Shown piece after piece: positions 9,191-17,435 of a stretch of DNA of 26,967 nt. Position 1 is the stretch's first letter; each line of letters opens with the position of its first letter. Both the position numbers and the translations under genes were made by a program. Source of the stretch: a bacterium (GTDB lineage Bacteria > Verrucomicrobiota > Verrucomicrobiia > Opitutales > UBA953); NCBI GenBank assembly GCA_009926645.1, contig RFOO01000001.1, forward strand, positions 1-26,967. Reading direction: 5' to 3'. The notes under the pieces were generated by a model. The model did no database searches, had not been told where the DNA came from, and was given only the letters and a program-made list of their open reading frames with translations.

Positions 9191-9676
9191 TTAGGCCTCT
9201 ACGGCTTTCTTAATCTTGGCAAAGTTAGGCATCGTCGCTGGGTCGCGCTTCACTTCGGAGTGAATCACATTGCCATTCTTGTCTGCCACAAAGACTGAGC
9301 GTTTTGCGACATTGAGCATGCCCGTCTTTTCAGGGATAGCTTTAGTGTCCTTAACCTTGAAGGCCTTGAGGGCAACGCGGTTGAAGTCGGAAACGAGCGT
9401 TACGCCGATATTAGCCTGTTTAGCCCAAGCTTCTTGAGAGAAAGGACTGTCGACGGAAATAGCGATAACATCAGCACCTAGCTTCTTGTACTCATCGAGC
9501 AAACCAGTGACTTTGCAAAGTTCATCAGTGCAAGTGCCAGTAAAAGCAAGGGGTACAAAGAGAATGACCGTCTTACCTTTGCCGACATTTCGACGCAGAT
9601 TGACATCAACCAGACCAGACTCGGTCTTTTGTTTGAGTGTGATGTCAGGGATTGGGAGGCCAACTTTGAGAGGCAT
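9191..9676 (-). CDS. Peroxiredoxin (AhpE/BCP-like redoxin)
   Basis: Peroxidatic PxxxTxxC motif PLAFTGTC followed by TDELC; AISVDSPFSQEAWA; AKRSVFV. Confidence 0.9.
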   Translation of the reverse strand: MPLKVGLPIPDITLKQKTESGLVDVNLRRNVGKGKTVILFVPLAFTGTCTDELCKVTGLLDEYKKLGADVIAISVDSPFSQEAWAKQANIGVTLVSDFNRVALKAFKVKDTKAIPEKTGMLNVAKRSVFVADKNGNVIHSEVKRDPATMPNFAKIKKAVEA

Positions 9677-9807
9677 GGTGGTTAGGATTAGGGTGGAAGT
9701 CGCCTAATAATGCCAAAAAGGCCTTGAGCGCAAGAATGGACGGAAAATAAAGGCGTTTTTAGCCTTAATTTTGCGTTTACGGGTAAAAACGGGCAAAAAT
9801 AGCGAAA

Positions 9808-10689
9808 TTACTCAACCGACCCGGTGGCTATTCCCAGTCTACGGAACCATTTTCTCTGCTTTTTAACCAAAGCCCAGGTATTGAGACAGATGTGTTCACT
9901 TAGAGCCTCGATGGGAGTTTCCCGACCATTTCTAATCCAATCCATCGTCTCACGGTAGCCTACGGCTCTAGCGGAAGGTAGTTCGGGATCGAGACCTAGT
10001 TTTAGTAGAGACTCTGCTTCAGTGATGAGGCCACTTCGTAGCATTTCATCGGTGCGCAAGTGAATCCGCGTCTTGAGTTCATCATCAGGACGCTCCAGTA
10101 ACTCGCAAGAAAAACGATAATCAGCAAATGGGCCCTTCTTGGTGAGAAACTCATCGCGAAGAGCATCAAGGCTTAAAGGTGAAGAGAGGCGACGTTCGAG
10201 GGCTTTGGCGAGGCGGATAGGGTTCGATTGATCGAGCCAACTTGGTAATGTAGGTCCCTCTAATTCGCGTAGACGCCGGAGTAAGGCATCGGTGCCCGTT
10301 TTTTGCAACGCACGTACTTCCTCAATGACGGCCTCGCTGATAGCAAGTTCGTCGGTTACTGGACCAAAAAAGGCAGCGAGGTAAAATCCACTGCCGCCTG
10401 TAATACAAACACTTTTACCTTTGGTTTGGATTTCGCGAATAGCGGATTGCGCATAACTGATGAACTGGGCGACAGAGAAACGCTGAGTCGGTTCAACCAA
10501 ATCGATTCCGTAGTGGGGAACTCTTTTTTGCTGTGCGAGAGTGGGTTTGGCCGAACCAATATTCATTCCACGGTAAACACATACCGAGTCGCACGAGAGA
10601 ATTTCGGCCTTGTTTTTCTCAGCCCATTCTAATGCTGCCTCTGTCTTTCCTACGGCAGTCGGTCCAGTGATGATATGGAGAGTGGTCAT
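9808..10689 (-). CDS. miaA: tRNA dimethylallyltransferase
   Basis: ITGPTAVGKT, ILSCDSVCVYRGMNIGSAKP, VPHYGID, GGSGFYL and KKQRKWFR. Confidence 0.96.
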   Translation of the reverse strand: MTTLHIITGPTAVGKTEAALEWAEKNKAEILSCDSVCVYRGMNIGSAKPTLAQQKRVPHYGIDLVEPTQRFSVAQFISYAQSAIREIQTKGKSVCITGGSGFYLAAFFGPVTDELAISEAVIEEVRALQKTGTDALLRRLRELEGPTLPSWLDQSNPIRLAKALERRLSSPLSLDALRDEFLTKKGPFADYRFSCELLERPDDELKTRIHLRTDEMLRSGLITEAESLLKLGLDPELPSARAVGYRETMDWIRNGRETPIEALSEHICLNTWALVKKQRKWFRRLGIATGSVE

Positions 10690-10693
10690 CTTT

Positions 10694-11581
10694 TCACCAA
10701 GCCGACTTTGCCCACTCTAAACCATAGGAGAGGATGACGAGGGCGAGAGGGGCGGTAAGAATCAAACTATCGATGAGATCGAGTGCGCCACCGATACCAG
10801 GAATCGTGGATCCCGAATCTTTAACTCCTGCTTGGCGTTTAAAAACAGATTCAATCAAGTCCGAGGGCACACTAGCGATAGCCAAAGGCAGAGCGAGAAT
10901 CGCGGCCTTGGTAGGCAACATAAACGGTATGTGAAAAACGTTTAAGCAAACCCAGGCATAGAGGGCAGAAGCGAGGGCTGAGAAAAATAAACCACCCACC
11001 ACACCTTCCCAGCTCTTGGCCGGACTAATCGTCGGAGCAATTTTGTGTTTTCCGAAGGGTACGCCAACAAGCAGTCCGCCGACATCGGTAAACTTAGTCG
11101 CCACCGCTACCCAAATGACGTAAAACAAACCAACCGATGAATGGTTCAGTAGTACTCCATTTTCCATTCGTGCGATAGCCACGAGTGGTGAGAGCATAAA
11201 GGGGACATAGAGGAAACCGTAGAAATTGGGTAAATGACGAACAAGGGGAGGTGTCTGCTGAGGGTTCCTGAGTAAACTAAGAAGATGTAGAGCAAAAAGA
11301 AAAGTAAGAGCAGTGATAAGGGGGTTCGCTCTTAGGCGCTCGCTGGCGAAGAAAAAAAGTACGAAAAGAAAAACGAAACCAGCAATGATACCCGTGAAAT
11401 TGGTTCGGCGATTACGATTAATTTTATTACAAATTTGATAAAACTCGTACTGAGCGGCCCCGACTAAAAGGGCAAGAACGCCGAAAGCGGCTTGCTCGGT
11501 GAGGGAGTAACAGGAGCCGAGATAAATCACGAGACCGACGATAACCCAGAGGCCAATCGTGCTGAGCGTACGGTGTATCAT
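10694..11581 (-). CDS. cdsA: Phosphatidate cytidylyltransferase
   Basis: Multi-TM protein with KFTDVGG, GKHKIAPTISPAKSWEG and SDLIESVFKRQAGVKDSGSTIPGIGGALDLIDSL. Adjacent to uppS. Confidence 0.95.
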   Translation of the reverse strand: MIHRTLSTIGLWVIVGLVIYLGSCYSLTEQAAFGVLALLVGAAQYEFYQICNKINRNRRTNFTGIIAGFVFLFVLFFFASERLRANPLITALTFLFALHLLSLLRNPQQTPPLVRHLPNFYGFLYVPFMLSPLVAIARMENGVLLNHSSVGLFYVIWVAVATKFTDVGGLLVGVPFGKHKIAPTISPAKSWEGVVGGLFFSALASALYAWVCLNVFHIPFMLPTKAAILALPLAIASVPSDLIESVFKRQAGVKDSGSTIPGIGGALDLIDSLILTAPLALVILSYGLEWAKSAW

Positions 11582-12387
11582 GGGGTCTTGGTGTGGTTAA
11601 TTTGCTCGTGAGTCATGCCGAAACGGCGCTCACGTTTTCCAAATTCGGATAAGGCTTTCGTAAACTCTTCTTTTGTAAAATCAGGCCAGTGGACTGGGGT
11701 GAAGACAATCTCCGCATAGGCTGATTGTAGAAGTAAGAAATTGCTCAAGCGATGTTCTCCCGATGTGCGAATAATTAAATCGGGGTCGGGGAGGCCACTG
11801 GTTTGAAGATGATTAGCGATATCGTCCCAGCCGATATTTTCGGGTTTGATTTTACCTGCCAGGGCTTCCGCAGCGAGATTTTTGACGGCGGTGGTGATTT
11901 CTTGGCGTGCACCGTAGTTTAAGGCGACAATGAGTGTGAAAGCTTCATGCTTGGCGCTATCGGTAATAGCCTGCTTCAGGGGGTTCTTCACAAAGTCAGG
12001 CATCGCTTCTAAATCACCAATGACTTTGAGGCGAACTTTGCGTCGATGTAGCCGGGCAAGATTGGCTTTAAGTACCCATTCACCGAGCTTGAAAAGACCA
12101 GTCACTTCTTCAACGGGTCGACGCCAATTTTCAGCTGAAAATGCAAAAAGAGTGAGGGCGCTGACACCTTGATCGATGCAGCAGTCTACGACATCAAAAA
12201 TACGCTCAGCTCCACGACGGTGTCCTTCGAGACGAGGTAAATGACGGGCGGCAGCCCACCGTCCATTTCCATCCATAATAATTCCGATGTGCTTAGGTAT
12301 GTCCGTGCGCAGGCTGGGTGATGGATGAGATTCAGGCACGATAGGTAAGTTTCGAGGCAAAGTGTTGCACGAGTCTTTGGGAGTCAA
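11578..12387 (-). CDS. uppS: Isoprenyl transferase (undecaprenyl diphosphate synthase)
   Basis: HIGIIMDGNGRWA, FAFSAENWRRP, ALNYGARQEI, PDLIIRTSGEHRLSNFLL and RERRFG. TTG start overlaps the exbD stop; the true start could be slightly downstream. Confidence 0.96.
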   Translation of the reverse strand: MTPKDSCNTLPRNLPIVPESHPSPSLRTDIPKHIGIIMDGNGRWAAARHLPRLEGHRRGAERIFDVVDCCIDQGVSALTLFAFSAENWRRPVEEVTGLFKLGEWVLKANLARLHRRKVRLKVIGDLEAMPDFVKNPLKQAITDSAKHEAFTLIVALNYGARQEITTAVKNLAAEALAGKIKPENIGWDDIANHLQTSGLPDPDLIIRTSGEHRLSNFLLLQSAYAEIVFTPVHWPDFTKEEFTKALSEFGKRERRFGMTHEQINHTKTP

Positions 12388-12848
12388 CGCTCGTCAGCAG
12401 CAATCAAAACCCCAGGAAATCCTGCCCGTCGAACGGATTCACAGACGGAGATAAAACTTTGCATGGTTAAAAGGGCATCGGCTTTGATGAGCACCGGACG
12501 AGATAAAAGTGTTTGGTCGGCTGCGAGTCGCTGTAATTCAACTTTGAGTCCGGCATCGTCTACCACCCGTCCATCAATCACATAAACACCTGCCCCACGT
12601 GCGGAAATAAGGGTGACGGTGGTTGATGTTTGTGCAAGGTCGCCAACGTTCGTGACGGGAGTGGTGAGGTGGCTATTGGCGGCAGCACGGACATTGCTAA
12701 ATCCCACATACATTCCTGGGGCATAAACGAAATGCGAGCACAGTACGGCAATCAGTGCAGCACATACTAGGGCTAAAAGAACAGGCCACGTTCCTGAATC
12801 CTTTTGAGCAGGACGTACTTTTTCGAGAATGCCTAAAGGGGTGTGCAT
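12384..12848 (-). CDS. ExbD/TolR-like biopolymer transport protein, atypical (no TM aspartate)
   Basis: One N-terminal TM helix and a periplasmic domain VYVIDG...VLIKADA...VCESVRRAGFPGVLIA, typical of ExbD. Start taken as ATG 12848 (MHTPLG), 7 nt after the exbB stop. Confidence 0.8.
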   Translation of the reverse strand: MHTPLGILEKVRPAQKDSGTWPVLLALVCAALIAVLCSHFVYAPGMYVGFSNVRAAANSHLTTPVTNVGDLAQTSTTVTLISARGAGVYVIDGRVVDDAGLKVELQRLAADQTLLSRPVLIKADALLTMQSFISVCESVRRAGFPGVLIAADER

Positions 12849-12855
12849 ACCGTGA

Positions 12856-13497
12856 TTAAACAGAACGTTCTTTCTCTGTTGGCAGTTCGTGATGGACGAA
12901 GGTGATGATAGAGTGGGCTGCAATTTCCATTTCGGTAACAATCGAACGTACCCGCCCCACAAGAAAGTGATGAGCTAATGTGCAACCCGTTGCGATGACG
13001 AGGGAGAATCCAGCATTGGCTAGCGCTGATAAAATATCGGGAAACAATTTATTCGCAGATGCGTAGACACTGCCATCGTGAAGACCACTGGCCAAGTGGA
13101 AGCCAGAAAAAATGGCCGCGGTAAGTCCGATGAGTGGTGCAACCCTTCCAATCGCGGAAATTGTTCCAAGTCGTCTTTCTAAAACGGGTAATTCCAAGAG
13201 TGCTGCTTGGATAGCAGCTGCCCGCATGGCCTCTTCAGTGCCATCGGCACGGAGTAAAGCCGCCTTCACCACGCGGGGTATGGGACCAGGGGATTCCTCG
13301 CAAGCAGCCAAAGCTTCTAAAGGCCTTTGGGCTTTTAGGTTGTTTCGCACTCCATCGATAAAATCGGATGAAAGTACGAGACCGCGATGAAGGAACATGG
13401 TTCGTTCGACAACAAAGACGAGAGCGAGAAAAGCGAGACCGAGTAAGATCCAGACAAATGGTCCAGCATCAGCGGGGAAAGAAAAAGGTGCATTCAT
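12856..13497 (-). CDS. MotA/TolQ/ExbB-like proton channel family protein, atypical
   Basis: TM1, then a cytoplasmic helical domain (LELPVLERRLGTISAIGRVAPLIGL), TM2 and TM3. Lies directly upstream of the exbD-like gene. Confidence 0.85.
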   Translation of the reverse strand: MNAPFSFPADAGPFVWILLGLAFLALVFVVERTMFLHRGLVLSSDFIDGVRNNLKAQRPLEALAACEESPGPIPRVVKAALLRADGTEEAMRAAAIQAALLELPVLERRLGTISAIGRVAPLIGLTAAIFSGFHLASGLHDGSVYASANKLFPDILSALANAGFSLVIATGCTLAHHFLVGRVRSIVTEMEIAAHSIITFVHHELPTEKERSV

Positions 13498-13503
13498 AAC
13501 CTA

Positions 13504-16248
13504 TTATTTTTTATTGGAGATTTGTGATAGAGTCGCAAGTTTGCTTTCGGCGGCGTTTTGACCAGGAAGTCTAATCTCTCCTTGAGGTAAAAGGCGATTG
13601 AGTTCGGTAATGATTCGGTAAGTAGCGATTGCCTCGAGGGTATCGCCTTCGTCTTCATAAAGTTGACCGAGTAAGAGAATCGAACGCGAAAGCCAAACTC
13701 GACCAGAAGTTCCGTAGGTAAATTCGGAGGAGTTTTTGACTGTTTTTAGGGCCGAGAGTGTATGAAGAAGAACATTACGAGCCTCCAAGCGAGTTGCGTT
13801 GGCGTCGGTGCTCGCCTCTGCTTTGGCACGCTCGAGAAGCGCGAGAGCTAGTTTGTAGCGCACCTCAGCTAAGACGTCGGCGTCTTTGGCCCACGCACCA
13901 GCAACATTTTCATAGGCGGCTACGGCCAAAGAGACGCGCTGTCGGTCCAGCTGTCCGTTGCGCTCACGGCGCAATTCGGAGAGTCCAAAAAGGGAATCAG
14001 CCCGATCAATTTCTGCTTGGGCACGCATGGGATGATCGGGATTTTCTCGAATCAGGCCATTGAGTACCAAAAGTGCGCGATTAAAGTCACCCAGCATGCG
14101 AAGTAGTTCAGCACGTCGAAGTGTGGCGGTGAAGAGAAGGGGGCTTTTGGGGAATGATTCGGAAAATTTTTCAAGAATTTCTACCGCCTCTTTTAATTTC
14201 TTATCACCAACCGTTGGAGCTTGAATCGCAGCTTCCTCAGCAGCCTCGTACAAACCTAATTCAGCGAACTCAGCCATGGTTGCATCCTCACCTTGGAAAT
14301 TTTGCGAGAGCTCTAAGAAACGTTCTTGGGCTTCGGCGTGCCGGCCTAAAGCAGCGAGATACCTACCTTCGACGAGATAGGAGGCGGCAGCGGCAGAGAC
14401 TTTTCCGTACTGCTTTCGTATGTTTTCAAGTTCCACTAAACCCGCAGCGTTTTGAGTGCCGAGGGTGGTTCTTGCTTTCAAGAGGGCAATATGACCACGC
14501 AGAGCTGGTGCGTTTTCTTTCAACTCAGCAGAGGCATTGGCGGGTAACTGATTGAGTTGCTGACTGATACCATCAGCGATTTTGAGGGTATTTTCAGTAT
14601 CGTGTTTAGCCAGAGCAATGAGGGCTCGCTGCCAACTAAAGCGCAGACTGTAGTCCACCGGCAAATCGACGAGTAAAGGGTTTAGGCGTTCGAGAACTTG
14701 TCCTGCTGTATCAGGTTGATTAGCTTTGCGAATGTCTTCCACTAGGCACCACACGGCAATCCAGATTCTTTCGGCGGGAATTTTATTCGATTTCTGACTT
14801 TGTTGAATGATGTCAGCGACCTGCGACCAGGTTTTATTATCGTTCGCTGTTTGTAGAAGGGAAAGGATACGTTGATGAAACGCTGAGATGGCTAAATCGA
14901 CTCCCTCTGTTTCATTTTGAATCGCAGCATAAGCTTTTTCAGCTAAAGCGTAATCACCGGCGAGAAACAAGCAGTCAGCTGACACGGTTCGTAGAATGTC
15001 ACGCGGAATGCCGACCTTACCCTCGGCCAGAGTGTCGAGCAAAGAGGAGGCGAGTCGGAAAGAGCCATCTCCCCAAGCAACCAGGGCTAGGGTGCGTGTT
15101 GCTTCTCGGGCTAGGGGGCTAGCGGGAACGTCCTTGATTAAATCGCTGGCTGCTTGGCGGGCTTTTTCTCGATTGCCAGCAATGAGCATGAGTTGAGCTC
15201 GGGCTAAGTGGATCGCATCGAGAACCGCTGGATCGCGCGGACAGACAAATTGGTTCTGCCCTTCGTTTTGCTGCATTAAAAAATCATAAATTTCGTTAGC
15301 AACCGATTGGGTCTCGCTCGGCTTAGCTTCCGCGGCTGCTGCGACTAATGCACGTAATGCGGTGAGGCGAAGAGAGGTTGCCGCTGGGTTTTTGGCGACA
15401 TGCATTAAAGCTTTTCGTCCATCTGCAGTTTCAATTCCAAGAATTAAACCAGCGAGTAAGTCTGCTTCAGCTTGTTCGGTGGGCGAGCGTTGTGCCGACG
15501 ACAAGAGGATGGAGGCAGCTTCTGATTTAAGATTCTGTCGGGCCAAGGCTAATGCCAAACTGCGCTGGTAGGCAAAAGCGTTAGGAGTGCCGACACTGAG
15601 TTTTACTTTTTCTCTTAAATGGGCGATAACAGTGTCATCAATTTTCCCTGCCATGATCAGGGAACGATAATTCAGAATTTCGATGCGTTGCTTCTGGATT
15701 TCAGAAACAACGGATTGATTAGCATCGAGAATAGATTGATTGAGTTTAAGGGTGTCTCCTTGATGGCTGGCAATGAATCCGCGTAAGGCATGAAGCCAGG
15801 CAACATCTTGGGGAACTAGTTGGTTGGGGTTAATTTTTTCTGTCCATTGAATGGCGGCCGTAAAGTTATCATCCAGCACTGCCAGCATACCTTCGCGCAA
15901 AGCTTTGGCGGGAGAATAGGGAATTGTATTAAGTATTTCTCGTGCTTCCTTGATTTTAGAGCGTTCAATGTAGGCTGTGCTTAGACCAAGAGACGCTGTC
16001 TCGCGATCTTGGGCGCTGAGTTGGGGAAGGCTTAAGACTTTGGTGTATAAATCCGCAGCCGTCGCCGTTAAGCCAATCGTGAGAGCATCATCGGCTAATT
16101 CCATCTGGCTGCGTTGCCAGGCTGGGGTCGAGGCTGTCGCAGACGGTGTCTGGCCAATGACGGGGACGGGCACATCTTGTGCGTAAGCCAAGCCTCCTGC
16201 AGTAAGGCAGAAGCAAAGACTCAAAATGATCCCGAATCGTCTCATCAT
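13504..16248 (-). CDS. Large exported tetratricopeptide-repeat protein (~914 aa)
   Basis: Signal peptide MMRRFGIILSLCFCLTAGGLAYA-Q. Repeated Ala/Leu-rich helical pairs, e.g. LRRAELLRMLGDFNRALLVLNGLIRENPDHP and ADCLFLAGDYALAEKAY. Alternative GTG start at 16296 abuts the lysC stop. Confidence 0.8.
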   Translation of the reverse strand: MMRRFGIILSLCFCLTAGGLAYAQDVPVPVIGQTPSATASTPAWQRSQMELADDALTIGLTATAADLYTKVLSLPQLSAQDRETASLGLSTAYIERSKIKEAREILNTIPYSPAKALREGMLAVLDDNFTAAIQWTEKINPNQLVPQDVAWLHALRGFIASHQGDTLKLNQSILDANQSVVSEIQKQRIEILNYRSLIMAGKIDDTVIAHLREKVKLSVGTPNAFAYQRSLALALARQNLKSEAASILLSSAQRSPTEQAEADLLAGLILGIETADGRKALMHVAKNPAATSLRLTALRALVAAAAEAKPSETQSVANEIYDFLMQQNEGQNQFVCPRDPAVLDAIHLARAQLMLIAGNREKARQAASDLIKDVPASPLAREATRTLALVAWGDGSFRLASSLLDTLAEGKVGIPRDILRTVSADCLFLAGDYALAEKAYAAIQNETEGVDLAISAFHQRILSLLQTANDNKTWSQVADIIQQSQKSNKIPAERIWIAVWCLVEDIRKANQPDTAGQVLERLNPLLVDLPVDYSLRFSWQRALIALAKHDTENTLKIADGISQQLNQLPANASAELKENAPALRGHIALLKARTTLGTQNAAGLVELENIRKQYGKVSAAAASYLVEGRYLAALGRHAEAQERFLELSQNFQGEDATMAEFAELGLYEAAEEAAIQAPTVGDKKLKEAVEILEKFSESFPKSPLLFTATLRRAELLRMLGDFNRALLVLNGLIRENPDHPMRAQAEIDRADSLFGLSELRRERNGQLDRQRVSLAVAAYENVAGAWAKDADVLAEVRYKLALALLERAKAEASTDANATRLEARNVLLHTLSALKTVKNSSEFTYGTSGRVWLSRSILLLGQLYEDEGDTLEAIATYRIITELNRLLPQGEIRLPGQNAAESKLATLSQISNKK

Positions 16249-16296
16249 CTCGCAGTGTGGCGAGGGATTTGGCGACGGGCAAGAGGCGAGTGCCAC

Positions 16297-16938
16297 TTAA
16301 GCCTTATCTAGGCCAAAGGCGGTATGAACGGCACGAACGGCCGCATCGGCTTTAGCGGGGTCAATCGCCACGGAAATCTTGATTTCGGAAGTGGTGATTA
16401 ACTCGCTATTGATGCCAACTGATGCGAGAGCCTTAAAGAGTGTTCCCGCAACGCCAGGGTGGGAAATCATGCCCACGCCAACGATGGAGAGTTTAGAGAT
16501 TTCGCCAGCTGAGCGTACAGAACCCGAGCCGAGTTTTTTAAGCGTCTGCCCAACAATTTTTTCAACGCGGGTAAACTGATCGGTTGTTACCGAGAAAGTG
16601 AGGTTTGATTTTCCGTTATTACCCAGATTTTTAATGATCATATCCACGCTGAGACCTGCTTCGCCAAGGTCGTCAAAGAGGGCAGCGATTGCTTGAGGCG
16701 TGTCGGGTAAATCAGTCACCGTGACGCGTGTTTGTAATCGGTCGAGGGCTACGCCTGCAATCGCGGCGTCTTCGAGGGTTTTGTCGATGGCTTTCACAAT
16801 AGTACCGGGTTGGTCGTTAAAAGAGGAGCGAACTTCGAAGGGAACGTTGTATTTTTGTGCAAATTCTACGGAACGAGATTGCATGACTTTGGAGCCACTC
16901 GAGGCTAGCTCAAGCATCTCTTCATAAGAAATTTCTTG
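16297..16938 (-). pseudogene. lysC: Aspartate kinase, C-terminal part (end of the kinase domain plus two ACT domains) of a split lysC
   Basis: Frame reads [27 protein letters not shown]...FEVRSSF...PGT, then KLSIVGVGM.SHPGVA..LF and TTSEIKISV. Confidence 0.9.
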
Positions 16939-17429
16939 ATTGATGCGGCGACGGCGATGGCAGTGAGGTCTGATCCACCACGACCTAGGGTTGTTACTTC
17001 GCCTTGATCGGTTACCCCTTGAAAACCAGCCACAACAACGACTTTACCTTCATCGAGGCGTTCTAATAAATCTCCTCCCGTGATGCGGGTGATGCGAGCC
17101 CGAGTGTGGACATCGTCGGTAAAAATACCTGCTTGGGCTCCCGTTCGGGAAACAGCGGGGACGCCAATAGCGTGTAATGCGATTACTGTTAAAGCGATGG
17201 TCTCTTGCTCACCTACGGCAAGTAGGACGTCCATTTCCCGTTCATCGGCAAGGGGCATCAGCGCTTTGGCTCGGCCGATGAGTTCATTGGTCACGCCACT
17301 GCGGGCCGAAACAACAACGACCAGACGGTGACCCTTGGACCACTGCTCTTTGATTTTTGCAGCGACGTTTTGAATGCGGTCAACATTTCCAACCGATGTA
17401 CCGCCGTATTTTTGGACAATGAGTGCCAT
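16905..17429 (-). pseudogene. lysC: Aspartate kinase, N-terminal part of a split lysC (frameshifted after ...AVAASIK)
   Basis: [31 protein letters not shown] and [17 protein letters not shown]. It then runs out of frame to a TAG at 16905, and the IYTDVDGVYTADP segment is absent. Confidence 0.9.
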
Positions 17430-17435
17430 CCTGAT

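Noticed and set aside
12849-12962. Longer N-terminus for the ExbD-like ORF, which might supply the missing Asp
   Set aside because: The extension overlaps the exbB 3' end by over 100 nt, is not a TM segment and contains no Asp; ATG 12848 fits better.
16925-16940. Programmed -1 frameshift restoring lysC
   Set aside because: There is no correctly phased X XXY YYZ slippery heptamer, and even a shifted product would lack the YTDVDG..DP motif.
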